A DNA stretch of 64,000 nucleotides, taken from Camelus dromedarius (Eukaryota). The stretch is taken from contig NC_087436.1 of the NCBI RefSeq assembly GCF_036321535.1, forward strand, positions 23,190,001 to 23,254,000, given 5' to 3'. This document shows positions 26,200 to 38,165 of this stretch, piece after piece; within the stretch, counting starts at the first letter, position 1, and every line of letters starts with the position of its first letter. The position numbers and the translations under genes were made by a program. Below the pieces are notes generated by a model. That model was not told where the DNA came from, did not search any database, and saw only the letters and a program-made list of their open reading frames with translations.

Positions 26200-27000
26200 C
26201 AAAACTGAAAAAGACTTTCTAAGGCACTCACAGTTCAGCAAATGAGGTAGACACGACCAACTCCAGCATAATGTGCTGGGACCTCTTCTGGTCCTCTGAG
26301 CACAGTGCCATGAGCACACAGGTGGGGAGGTGGGCTGAGAGGGTAGGAAAGACCTCTTAGCAGAGGCTGCTGGGAGCTGGGCTCTTAAGACATAGAAGAA
26401 ATTACTCATGCAAATTCAGTAGGATGGAATAACATGATGGGAGAAACAGAAGGGGAAAGCACAGGGGGAAGTAAGTCCATCACATGTGTGGAAGGTGGCT
26501 GGGCATGGGATGAGAGGCTGCAGAGAAGTCTGAAGACTGGATGTGGGAGGAGGGCTAGAGAAAAGACAAGGGAAAAGTTGATGCCCTGAGGTGTGACAGT
26601 ATGCATGGAATTACTGAGATGGGGATGAGGGAAGGATGAGTGTTTCCAAGGGAGATGAAGCCTCAGTTTTGATCAGGCTGAGTTGAGTTGCCTGCAGGAC
26701 ATTTAACTGGACATCGGTCCAGTAGGATATATGGAATTGGTAATCATCGCCACGCAGCTGATAGCTGGAACCTGACCAGAGGTCACTGCAATTAAAATGT
26801 CTGGTGATATGAGACATGTTTTGACAGAGTGATAAGAGGCTGGGTCACCGCAGTGGATCGACTAGCACGTGAAAAGCAAGGCAAGGGAAGTAGGGGCAGG
26901 TATAGACCGCTTGCTCAAGAGATTCAGTGGTCAAGGAGGGGGCTTGCTCTTTCTAGACTAAAGAAGGTTTGAAAATAGGATAATCTGAAGTAGGCAGATG
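26200..27000 (-). mobile_element. L2 LINE fragment
   Basis: Purine-rich degenerate L2 motifs (ttactgagatgggga..., agttgagttgcctgcaggacattta...). Boundaries approximate. Confidence 0.5.
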
Positions 27001-27857
27001 GGAAGAGTTTACTGGTGAGGGCAAGCGCAGGGACAGGTGTGGGTGCAGGTGCAGAAGGGAGCGTGGAGATAAAGCTATAATAAAATGAATAATTTTAAAA
27101 GTGGCATCTCGTAGGGCATGGAGAAGGATGCGTGTGTGTGCTGATACCTCTCCCTTTCAAACGGGGAAAGGAAGCAAGAGTCGGTGAGGATGGAGGCAGT
27201 TTTGGAGACAGCAGGGAGGGAGCTGGAGGGCTTCTCTGTGTCCTGTGAAGCCAGAAACTCGACCATCCAGGGGCTCAGGTGGTGTAAGAGCTTGAGGGGA
27301 GAGGTTTAAATAACCGCCACTGTAAACAGAAAAGGACCTGATTCGGGAGGTTGTAGCCTCCCGAGGACCCAGAGAGGTTAGAAACGCGAGTTGTCCCGAG
27401 CTGGGTTGCTCCTGTGTTTCAGGCAGGTTTGTTGTCTGTTCAGAGCAGACAGTGACAGTCAACTGATTCATGTGGCTTTTGTGCCTTCCCATTTGGTCAT
27501 TCTTAAAAGATAAGACCCCGAAAGTACATCTAGATGAGTATAAATGTAGTAATCTCTTTAGCAATTACCGTATTCTTTTAGAAAGAGAATTATGCCTGTC
27601 TAGGCCTTGTTTTCCTAAGATCCTTGAACATTTACAAATACTGATTGTGAAATGACAACCCAAGGGGCCCTAAATATATTAAAATAATTTTATTATGTTT
27701 TTGAGTCCTAGGTTGGAGCTAACTCCCAGGAAGGTAGGAGTAAGTCTGACAGGCTGGAGGAGGGGAAAGATGGGCTGGGGAACCTCCGTTGCTGCATCAT
27801 TTAGAGGCACTGAAGCTCTTCTCTTGTGTAAGCTGCGTTACTGTTGTTGCTTTCCAG

Positions 27858-28065
27858 CGATCTCGATGCCAGGGCGAAGAGCGAGCGATACCGCGCACTT
27901 TTCCGGCTGCCCAAAGATGAAAAATTAGACGGCCACACGGACTGCACCCTCTGGACTCCATTCAACAAAATGCACATTTTGGGGCAGATGTTTGTCTCCA
28001 CAAACTACATCTGCTTTACCAGCAAGGAGGAGAACCTGTGTAGCCTCATCATCCCGCTCCGAGAG
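27858..28065 (+). CDS. TBC1D9: TBC1D9 exon 6 (208 nt): DLDARAKSERYRALFRLP...LIIPLRE; GRAM 2
   Basis: Acceptor tttccag|C and donor GAG|gtaagc; ORF 27844..28080. Confidence 0.95.
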
Positions 28066-28265
28066 GTAAGCGTCAGGTGAAGATGGGTATTTGAAGAGTT
28101 TAATCTGTAATACTTCTTTGTGTATTTTTTACCAGCGTTGGGTGGCTTTTAACCATAGGGTGATTGTTCACAATTCTTTGATGGAATCTGCCACTCTTTC
28201 CTGTGTTGTCATTGCTCCAAGTGACCGTGGGACCTGCAAGATCTCTTCTTCTGGAGGCAGCCTGG

Positions 28266-28829
28266 TGTTTTTAAAAAAAATGTAGGTTTCATTCTTGTTC
28301 AGGTGAGGTGAGGCCAACAGAGCAGATGACTGTCATGGAAAAGATTGCTTGTTATAGTCGCAGATCCCTCTAGGGGGCGCACGCCATGCCACGGGGACCA
28401 CACGGGGACCACACGGGGAAGCACCAGGGCGGGTCAGCAGGCAGAAGAGCAGGGGAAGTGTGGAGAAGAGCCTTTACTGTGGTTTCCATGGGAAGAAACA
28501 GTGGAGGCAGGGCAAACAGGCTTAAGTCTGGCAAGTTGGATAGTTTTGGCAGGCCCTAGGGCAGAGGGCCTGTCTCCAGTTGGCTGGTGCCTGGCCCTGG
28601 GGTGATGGGGGCAGGTGAGTGGTGGCCCTGAGTGTGAGAGCAGGTGAAGGAGGTCAGTGGAGTGTGGGCTCAGGATTTGTTGGTCTGCCTATGGAAGGGC
28701 CGCTCACAGGTGAGTCCTCTGCTGTCCCTAGGAGTTGGCTGACTCTGGGATGGGTGGTCCTTCCAGGGTCAGCAGGGCCCCAAGATGTGAAAACATCAAA
28801 TACAGAAACTAGAATATGTGGTTAGTACA
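28266..28829. mobile_element. Full-length solo LTR, ERVL class (MER68/MER77-like)
   Basis: TG...CA termini flanked by a perfect 5-bp TSD cctgg (28261-28265 and 28830-28834). Family name from memory. Confidence 0.8.
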
Positions 28830-28904
28830 CCTGGCTCACAGCCTGAGCAGCTTAGTCTTTAGAGGAGACAGTCCAGGTTGTGAACCAGAAAGCCAAGTGC
28901 TGAG

Positions 28905-29070
28905 ATCTAGCTGGTCTGTCGATTCTCTGCATCGGACCCACTGGGACCGCCTGCCACGGTGGCAGACTCCTAAGTCCACCCCGGATCTTCTGAATCTGTG
29001 CAGGCTTTGGAGTCTGTAGTTTAATAAAGTCCCAGGCTGACTCACATGTGCAGTGAAGACTATGAAACAT
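28905..29070. mobile_element. MER5-type hAT relic
   Basis: ctgaatctgtg...gagtctgtagtttaataaagtcccaggctgactc resembles MER5A. Confidence 0.5.
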
Positions 29071-30030
29071 CAATCTTGTGTCTGCGGTGGAGGTGGGTTT
29101 CTGTCATGTCTTCACAGTGATAGGTTATTCTGGTACTTGCGTGGAAGCCTTGCTGTGCTGTTTGGGGTTGAGAAGGAACTCAGGTTAAGATGTCAGGGGC
29201 TGGCAGGCCTGCACTTTCTAACCTGGCAACTTTCAACCTTCTCTGGTCATTTTCTAGAAGTTAACATGGTTGGAAGCTTTGGCTATTAAATTAAGATTGA
29301 CCCTTTGTTAAGATTCCCTATAGTAAAAGATTCAAGTTTCCCTCTGCCTTCTTTTCTTTTCTTTTTGTTAAATCATTTATGTAAGCAGATGTTCTTGGTT
29401 TTTTTGTTTGTTTGTTTGTTTTTAAACTGTTGCATCATTATTACAGTAAATTTGTAAGAATACAGACAAATAAAAAGAAAGCAAAATTCACCCCTAGTCT
29501 CACCATTCAAAGATGACCACTTTAGTTAACATTCTGCTATCCAGCTTTCCAGACTTTCTATACATGGCTGTGTATATGTCATTTATATTATTTACATATA
29601 AAACATAAAGAATTTTTATTATTTGCTTATTTCCCTTAACAGTATACACTTAACTTTTCCCCATATTATAAAACACTCTTTTACAATGTAACTTTTAATG
29701 ACTGCATATTATTCCATAAATGGATACACATATAATTTATTTCTTCTCATGTAGGTGACCTGTGGTTGGACCTTTGCATTGTTTTTAGTTTTCTCCCAAT
29801 CATATGTATAACTTTCCTTAAGTTATAAATTCCTACAAGTTGAATTGTCAGATTAAAAAAAATGAGAAATGTTAGGCAATTGATAAAGTGTACAGCACTT
29901 TTTGAGGCCAGGAATTGTTGGGGGTGAATTCTGAGATGGATAATTCATCAGTACTTACAACTGGCTCAGAAATGCATTTTATAACTTTTTCCAGCAAACT
30001 TACCTTCTTTGTCTTAGGGAGTTATTATAC

Positions 30031-30165
30031 GTGTGTGTGTGTGTGTGTGTGTGTGTTGTAATTGACATATTAGTTTCAGGTGGACAACATAGTGATTCAA
30101 TATTTGTCAGTATTGCAGAATGATCACCACAGTAAGTCTAGTTAACATCTATCACCATAGACAAG
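30031..30165 (-). mobile_element. (GT)n tract abutting a short L1 3' fragment
   Basis: A GT run followed by ttagtttcaggtggacaacatagtgattcaatattt...gatcaccacagtaagtctagttaacatc. Confidence 0.7.
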
Positions 30166-31236
30166 ACTGTTACTGAAATTTTCTTGGTCAAGTCCTACCT
30201 GACTGTAGTAAAGCAGAGTAACCCAGACCGGCTAAGGAAACCCATCCTGGGATTAAGAATGTTCCATGGATGTGTCATTTATGACTCTGAGTGAGTCATC
30301 ACTCTGTTTATCCAGAGGGAACTGAGGAGCAGAGAGGGGCTGGAGCTGCTGTCCAGACGTCTGCTCTCCTGTTCCCCACCTCTTGGTGCGGTCCAGCTAA
30401 CTCTCTGCACATGCCAATGCAATTTACAGCACGATAGTGAGAGCTCAGGGAACTGAGAGAGTGGTGGCTGATACCCTCAGCCCATCTTCTGCTTGCCAGT
30501 TTTCTCTAACAGGTAGTAAGGCAGAGATAATTCAGTCATATTTCAGCGTAAATCAGATGAGGGACAATGGTGGGGGTAGCGTTTAGAAATAAAGCATTCT
30601 GTGGCTGGAGGATGCAGCTTTAACATGATGCTCGGTGAGACAGCAGAGCCCTTTCCTTTAACCTGATGAATCGCTGAAATATATTAATGGTAGATCTCTA
30701 ACCTCGACTAATGGAAGAAGCAAAAGACTTAATGTAATTTTTATTACCTGTAGGTAATAATAATGACAGAAAGCAGTAGGGCGGGGCTCCCACCCACCAG
30801 CGAGTCTGTTTGAGCAGACACTGGTCTTTCTGTGAACTGAGTTAAACTGATTCTGTGAACTGAGTTAACTGTATTTATGATCCTACTAGACATAGGACTT
30901 TACACTTTGACTTCAGCAAGATCCACGTGGTGTCTGTGTTTTAGGCACAGAACTTGAACCTTTCATTCTTTTTGCATGTGTCATTTAGTCCCAGACACCT
31001 GGTGACCAAAAGAATCAGAAAAAAATCCGTTGGGAGAAAAGGAGTTTTTATAGGTCTTTTAAAATGAGGATTATTCAACATACATCTGAGGGGTCATGGG
31101 AAGATCCTTTTTATGATAAAGAGGTTGTTTTTGTTTTTGTTTTTCCATTTTTCTAGCTTCATTTGCATTGAGGAATAAACACTTTTATGTGCAACTCCGA
31201 GTATCTCAGAGGATTCCTTTAAAAATGTATAAATAT

Positions 31237-31325
31237 GTGGGTGGGGGTATAGCTCAGTGATAGAGCGTGTGCTTTGTATGCATGAGGTCCTGGGTTCAAT
31301 CCCCAGTACCTCTGTTAAGGGGAAA
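31237..31325 (+). mobile_element. Short tRNA-derived SINE (Vic-1-like) with 16-bp TSD
   Basis: A box tatagctcagtgatag and B box ggttcaatcccc. TSD aaaaatgtataaatat at 31221-31236 and 31326-31341. Confidence 0.85.
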
Positions 31326-32191
31326 AAAAATGTATAAATATATATCTAATTCTATGTATGTATAAAATCTGAGGATGGAAGTCAGGTCCTGCAGGTTTCC
31401 CTTTATGGACCCCAGTAATCCCTGTTTTGCATTTGTGACCATGTAATTTTTTAGGCAACTCCAGTGGTTTCCTTAGCCTTGAAGTTTTCAAAGTTCTGCT
31501 TTGGTGGTTCACATGAAAATGCTGATGAAAGGGCTGAAGTTGAACCTGTCTAGATGACTTACCAGTGGAAATGAAGAGGGGAAGGAAACTAAGTATTTAG
31601 TCAGAGCTGCTGCAAATAAACCACCGATCTAGGGCTGGCCTTGAGGCGTTCTTCCCAGTGGGCTAAAGAAAAAACTTGTAATGCGTTTATCCTAGTTTCC
31701 AGTTGATGAAAATCCTATTATAGAGCACCAAACACATGGCATCATTTCGAAGCTAAAGCAGATGCCCCCTTCCCTATTTTTCTCCCAGTGTGGTTCACTC
31801 ACTCCACCACACACGCACGCTCCCTCTCTCTCTCTCTCGCTGTCTCTGTCTCTGAGACCCAACCACACACCTACACACACAGCACCCCACCTCCACACAC
31901 ACATAGAGTCAGCCGGTGCAGATAAGGTTGCAGTTAACTTGTTTACGTCATGTCTGTTCAAAATGGAGCCTTTAAAACTTTGAAGTGGTGGGAGGTGAGG
32001 GATGCAAAGCCCTGGGGTCTAAATGAGACGTTTGAAAGATTGGTGGTGTTTTGAAAGCCTTCTCCACATTAAGCTTTGTAAAAAGGAACCAGTATCATGC
32101 CTGTTTCTGTCTCTTAAGGGTGATGTAGCAGCTGGGAGTTCTCTCTCTTATGGCTCCATGAAATTTTAATGAAAATCAAAGAATTCCTTCA

Positions 32192-32417
32192 CAGCAAGGT
32201 TTATTCATTCTTGGTGCCACTGACCTGGACTTGTCTTGGCCTGGGCGTTGTTGGGGCAGCTGCCCTGTGTCCTGTGCACTGCAGGATGTCTAACAGCATC
32301 CCTGTCCTCTACCTGCTAGGTGCCAGTGGTACTTCCACTTGTGACAACTGAAAGTGTCTCTAGATGTTGCCAGATGTCTCCTGGGGGGCAAAAATTATTC
32401 TCGATTTAGAACTACTG
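32192..32417. mobile_element. MER20 DNA transposon (hAT-Charlie MITE)
   Basis: tgtcctgtgcactgcaggatgtctaacagcatccctg...gtgacaactgaaagtgtctctagatgttgccagatgtctcctggggggcaaaa. Confidence 0.85.
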
Positions 32418-32634
32418 ATTTAGAAAAACCAGCCAGATAATTCCAGCTCTACTTTGATTTGTTGTGAGCTGCTTTATTTTATGGGAACAGAGTTAAAGAA
32501 TCTCAGCTTGCCTCAATAAAATATGGGTGGTTCCTATAGGACTTAAAAATGCTGTGTTCCTTCTTCGGTGCTGCTCAGAGATTGCTGTTGCATAATCCCC
32601 AGAAAGTAATGCTCTGTGTCCTCTTTCTTTTCAG

Positions 32635-32841
32635 GTGACGATTGTAGAAAAGGCAGACAGCTCCAGCGTGCTCCCCAGTCCCTTATCTATCAGCACCAGG
32701 AACAGGATGACCTTCCTGTTTGCCAATTTGAAAGACAGAGACTTTCTAGTGCAGAGGATCTCTGATTTCCTGCAACAGACGACCTCTAAAATATACTCGG
32801 ACAAAGAATTTGCAGGAAGCTGCAACAGTTCAGATGATGAG
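32635..32841 (+). CDS. TBC1D9: TBC1D9 exon 7 (207 nt): VTIVEKADSSSVLP...NSSDDE
   Basis: Acceptor ctttcttttcag|GTG and a weak donor GAG|gtctgt; phase 0-0. Confidence 0.92.
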
Positions 32842-33668
32842 GTCTGTGGAAGGCACCTGCGGGTGTTTTGGTTCATCTTATTACTCTTCCCTGGAGGTGC
32901 TCACCTCCTTGTCCCGTTTCTTGGATCTTCAAGCTTTGCAGCTGTGCTGAGATGAACCGCCTACCCTCTGCCCAGAGCAGTATCTCATTTAAATCTCATG
33001 GAGTTTGTATTTGGGATCATCGAGGGCTGGACAGAACCTTAGAGATCATCTGGTCTAACCCTCTTATTGCACTGTTGATCTTGTTGGGAATGGTACAGAG
33101 GTCATTTATTATGATAAGATACGAATTGTATCCCCAGTTGAATTGAATCAGGCCCTGGACCAATATCCAGGGAAACTGAAGCCCTGAAAGTTATGTGACT
33201 AGCTCAAGTCATAGCACAAGTTACTGGTAGTTAAAGCAAGTTGTAAAAATAGTGAGCACATGAGTAACAGCCCTGCCCCTGTCCCCCTGCTCTAAGACTA
33301 TGTGGGCATTTTTGAGGCAGCACCAGAAAATAGAGAGGAGGTGAGGGAGGTGGTCCCATAAGCAGTTGACTCAACCACAGTGTGCTTGGCATGCAGCATA
33401 CTAATCAGAGAGATGTGTGGCCAACCACTTGTTGCAAAAATACATCTAAAATACAGAGGATAAACAAACAAACAAACAAACAAACACAGAGGAGACCTCT
33501 TTTGGGCATTGGCTCTGCGTCCCACGACCCCACCAAAGTGCTGGCTTGCTGCCTTTCTTCTGCTTTGTGACGTAGCAAGAAGCCTTGGGAGCCAAGCTGT
33601 TGGTATCTGTCCAGAGTAGATCCTACAGCCCAGACCATCCAGCGGCTTGCTCCTCTCTGCACCTGCAG

Positions 33669-33839
33669 GTGTACTCTCGGCCCAGCAGCCTGCTTTCCTC
33701 CAGCCCCCAGAGAAGCACCAGCTCTGACGCTGATGGAGAGCGCCAGTTCAACCTCAACGGCAACAGCGTCCCCACAGCCACCCAGACCCTGATGACCATG
33801 TATCGGCGGCGATCTCCCGAGGAGTTCAACCCGAAATTG
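33669..33839 (+). CDS. TBC1D9: TBC1D9 exon 8 (171 nt): VYSRPSSLLSSSPQRS...EEFNPKL
   Basis: Acceptor cctgcag|GTG and donor TTG|gtgggt; ORF 33585..33989. Confidence 0.93.
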
Positions 33840-33937
33840 GTGGGTGCCTCCTCCTCTTGCCCAGAATGTTCTTATATTAGAACCATAACGTTTGAAAAAT
33901 ATGCTCTTAATAAAAGCAAACTCTTTTTTTTTAACTT

Positions 33938-34068
33938 TAAAGTTGCTAAGAAATTAGATCTTAAGTTCTCAACAACCAAAAAGAAATGATAATTGAGTGA
34001 CATGGTATGGCAGTATCACATTGCAGTATCTAGTAAATCAACAAACACACTGTACACCTTAAAAAAAA
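33938..34068 (+). mobile_element. Short L1 3' fragment
   Basis: aaagttgctaagaaattagatcttaagttctc...ctgtacaccttaaa followed by an A tail. Confidence 0.6.
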
Positions 34069-34668
34069 GTAAACTCAAATACGTCAGTATAACACATTGT
34101 AGACCTTAAAAATAAACTCATAAATCCATCAACAGATACTTTCCTGCAAGTAAAGCAGATTTTGTCAAATATGTCATTAGGTTTCAGAGTGGCTTCTTCA
34201 CGGAAGGAGATGAGTTAGAGACAGTACAGATGACTTTTTTTGGTCATATTTTTAACTTTTTTATGCGTATTTAAAAAATTGAAGTACAGTTTTGATTTAC
34301 AATCTTGTATTTAACTATTGTTTAATCAACTAACAAATAAGGACATAATTTCTCAGACCACGTTTTAAAAACATCAGCTTACTTTCACTTGGAGGTGTGG
34401 ACATAAAGCCATAAATGTGGTTTGCACTCTGCTGACCCATCTCAGGTAAGCGGAATTCTGACTCTGGTACAGGAAGCGTCACGGCAGAACCACAGGCTGT
34501 GATCAGTCAGGGAAGGACCCCAGAAGATCTGAGTCCTTTATCCTTATGTCCATTCTGTCCAGAACTCAGCCGCTGTGTTCACTAAGGAAGATGTTCTGAC
34601 CTTCCATTGAACGTCTTACCATCCTCCAGGTACTTTGGGATGTACTGATGTTTCATTATCTATTTCAG

Positions 34669-34819
34669 GCCAAAGAGTTTTTGAAAGAGCAGGCCTGGAA
34701 GATTCACTTTGCCGAGTATGGGCAAGGGATCTGCATGTATCGCACAGAAAAGACGCGGGAGCTGGTGCTGAAGGGCGTCCCAGAGAGCATGCGCGGGGAG
34801 CTCTGGCTGCTGCTGTCAG
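34669..34819 (+). CDS. TBC1D9: TBC1D9 exon 9 (151 nt): [14 protein letters not shown]...[15 protein letters not shown]; start of the TBC domain
   Basis: Acceptor atttcag|GCC and donor G|gtacgg; contains the TBC GxPxxxRxxxW motif. Confidence 0.95.
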
Positions 34820-36285
34820 GTACGGCCGGCGGGGGTGGGAGCACCGGCCCCAGAGCCCGCGGGGCCGTCGTGCACCAGGGCCCTTTCACCACGTCGGCCC
34901 CCCATTCAGGGCTAAATTGCCGTCCCTTGCCAGAGTCTTGAAACCCCCCCATGACTCTTCCCTCCATGAAAACACAGGACACGTATTCAACAGATGTTGA
35001 AGCCACCATCCCTTGAGTCCTCGTAACCTCTTCCATTTTTCCTCTAACTCTATTTAGGGACAAACAGAACCCAAAGAAAAAGAGTAGCATTCTTTGTGAT
35101 TTTTAGAGTCTTCTTTTTTTTTTTTTTTTCTCCTTTTTCAGCTGTTTCAGCTTCATTGAGGATGTTTAAATGTGGCACTTGTCCAGAGCAGTCGTTGGGG
35201 TGGGGAAGAGGGCAGAAATGGAGGAATAAGAGAACCTCATCAATGAGTTTTGGCTTCTCTTGATTTTGCGGGTTCTCACTGGAGACAGGGAAGAGAGGCC
35301 GGAATGGGCTCTGGAGCTAAAAGCCTACCTGGATTATACTTACACTCCAAGCTGGAGATGCTGGGAAGGACAGAAGGGGACGATCCCAGAGCCGTGGGAG
35401 AGGTGTGTCCATCTTTACAGGCCCACCACTAGGCTCACGCCCAGTATGACGCCATCAGGTTAAACCTCTGAGTCCGCTACAGAAGCCAGGGGTCCTTTGG
35501 GGCTAACCCCCATCACTCCTTCCTCCCAGCCTCAAGCATCCCGTGTATCCCAGGGATCTGTTCTGTCACAAACATCAGAGCATTTCTTTGGGTGTCACCA
35601 GTCTTGTCTTTAATATATAAATCAGTTGCTCTACCTGATTAGAGGGCTGAAATGGAATCGTTTTAAATAGGCTCATGTGAAAATTTTTATTTGAACCTGA
35701 GCTGGTCTGACACAAGTGCTTATATCAAAACCTTTTATTTTAAAGATGACATTAAAATGAAAAGAAGTTACCAGACTTACAAGAAAGCCTTAAAGAAAAA
35801 ACTTGTAGCTCTTTCTAAAAGTAGCTATAAATGGTAATTACCAATGAGCTGTTTTAACAGCTCAGAAGTAGGAGTAGAGAATCCTGAAAAATAATTGGTC
35901 TTCTCTGTTTCATGTAAAACTGGTTTATTCTGTCCTCATTTACATGTCTTGTTTTTCATTTGCCACAAGTGGACCAGCCATAGCTCCTCATTTACAAATC
36001 CAAATTTGAGTCAAATTGTCTCTAATTTCCAGTCCATCTCAAGAAGATCCTTACCGTCCAGTCTGCCATCTTTCCTGTGTTTGGTGAGCTACTCACCTGA
36101 CAGCCTGATTCAGATCGCTGCTGCAGTGAACAAAACAATTCCATTTTCATCTTCCTTACTCAAATGGGGAGTTACTTACAGCTGCATTTTAGATGAAAAT
36201 GAAACTCACGGTGGGCACTGGGAAACAGGATACAGCAGTCCACAGCCTTGTAGAGCCCTGTTTAGAGTTAGACCCAGTGTTTTCC

Positions 36286-36430
36286 TTTTTTTTTTTTAAC
36301 TTTTTTGGGGAGGGCAGGTAATTAGGTTTATTTATTTTATTTTGTTTTTGGAGGAGGTGCTGGGGATTGAACCCAGGGCTTCATTCATGCTAAGCATGCA
36401 GTCTACCACTTGAACTATACCCTCCCACCC
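36286..36430 (-). mobile_element. Vic-1-like tRNA-derived SINE
   Basis: ctggggattgaacccaggg...ctaccacttgaactataccctccc with a T tail. Degenerate TSD gacccagtgttttc / gcccccgtgttttc. Confidence 0.85.
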
Positions 36431-36874
36431 GGCCCCCGTGTTTTCTTTAACTGTGATGGGCTGCGTGAGGCCAGAGGTGAAGCAGTGTACACACCACGTT
36501 TGTTGGGTATAGAAGTGAGCCCATGTTTCCACCCAGTGCATCGGGGGGTGGGTAGGGTTCACGCGGAGGCCAGCTTGACCACGGGGAGAGCCCAGCCTCC
36601 TGGGACCTGCCCTGCTTCCCATGACTCTGAGGGCCACTGTCCCAGGACCTGGCTTGGCTACCCACTAAATTGAGTGCAGGCCAGATGGCAAGAAGTGCTT
36701 GTAAACCATCCTTGAAAGGAGTGCAGAAGCTAGTGTTAAGCTAGTGTTAAGTCAACCAGACTGCCTTTGTGGGGCAGGTGTGAGTGATGAGGCTGGCTCT
36801 CTGGGTGACTGTCAGCGACAAGGAGTGAGTAAGCCCAGGGGCTCTAATTTCTAGTCAGTTTACCCTGTCATTAA

Positions 36875-37000
36875 GTGTGTGTGTGTTTGTGTGTGTGTAT
36901 AGATAACACATATATATATACACATATTTAATTATATAGTATGTACATATGTGTGTGTATTTTCTATGTATATTTATGTGTGTGTGTGTGTGTATATATA
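36875..37000. repeat. Compound (GT)n/(AT)n low-complexity tract
   Basis: Read directly from the sequence. Confidence 0.85.
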
Positions 37001-37086
37001 TAATTTATACATACTTAGATTTTATTTAACTAGATTTAGATTAAGGTATTTGTATCCAGGGCTTTTCTGTGCTCCGGAGTCTTACA

Positions 37087-37217
37087 GGGGGAGGATATAG
37101 CTCAGTGGTAGAATGCAGCATTAGAAATCCTGGGTTCTGTCCTCAGTATCTCCATTAAAGTAAATAAATAAACCTTATTACCCCCCCCAAAATAAGAAGC
37201 AAAAACTTTAAAAAAAG
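37087..37217 (+). mobile_element. Vic-1-like tRNA-derived SINE
   Basis: gggggaggatatagctcagtggtaga...aataaataaaccttattacccc followed by an A-rich tail. Confidence 0.8.
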
Positions 37218-37641
37218 AACTTAAAATGGAAGTATCTCAAAGCAGTGATTCTCACCACCACCTGGCCCTCATCCCCACCCCTGCGGGGCTCCCCTCGGTG
37301 GCAGGGGCCTGTCACTGCAATTTTAAACATCCCTCCAGGTATCTGAACCCCACCTCCTCTTCACTAAGGCGGTTTGAGCCCTTCGAAGCTTGCACCTTAG
37401 CAAACAGTTTCCAGACTTGTTTTGAGATGCAGAACCTCCTTTTTCAAGTGAACGCCTAAGGAGGAGCCCCGTCAAACGCAAGCAGAGCTGCCGTGGTTGA
37501 TGGGAGGGCTGAGACCCGCGAGCCTCAGCTCGGCGCAGTCCGCCCACCTCCCTGCCCTTCTCGGAGCAGCCCCTCGGGATAGTCTGGGGGAGTTCCTTGA
37601 AACTCTACCTGAGGGAGGTTTCTCTTATTCTTTAATCATCA

Positions 37642-37970
37642 TTATTTTTTACTGGAGTATAGTTGATTCACAATATTGTGTTAGTTTCAGGTGTACAGCA
37701 GAGTGATTCAGTTATTTTTTTCTGATTACGTTCTGTTATGGCTTATTACAAGATACCAAATATGGTTCCCTGTGCTGTGCAGTAGGTCCTTGTTGCTTAT
37801 CTATTTTATGTATGACTTCTATCTGTCAGTCCCATACTCCTGTTTTACCCCTCCCCGCCTTTCCCCTTTGGTAACCGCAAGCTTCTCTGTCTGTGAGTCT
37901 ACTTCTGAGTTGTATGTGGATTCATTTGTATTACTTTTTAGAGTCCACACATGAGTGGTAGCATATAGTA
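37642..37970 (-). mobile_element. Cetartiodactyl L1 3' end
   Basis: ggagtatagttgattcacaatattgtgttagtttcaggtgtacagcagagtgattcagtt. Confidence 0.85.
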
Positions 37971-38165
37971 TAGGGAGGTTTTGAAATAGAAGAGGAAGAG
38001 GGAGGGAAGCCAGGAGTGAACTGACAGCCTGGCCGTGACTGCAGCACACGCACCGTCGTGGGATGTCACTGTCACCTCACGCATGTCCTCTGAGGGGTGG
38101 GGAAGGCCACGAGGCTGGGGGTCCGCTTCCACTTTCTGACGCTGGGTCTGGTGGGTGTTTCCCAG

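Noticed and set aside
31237..37217. tRNA-like sequences at 31237, 36286 and 37087 as tRNA genes
   Set aside because: They have A-rich tails, degenerate stems and, in two cases, TSDs. They are tRNA-derived SINE copies.
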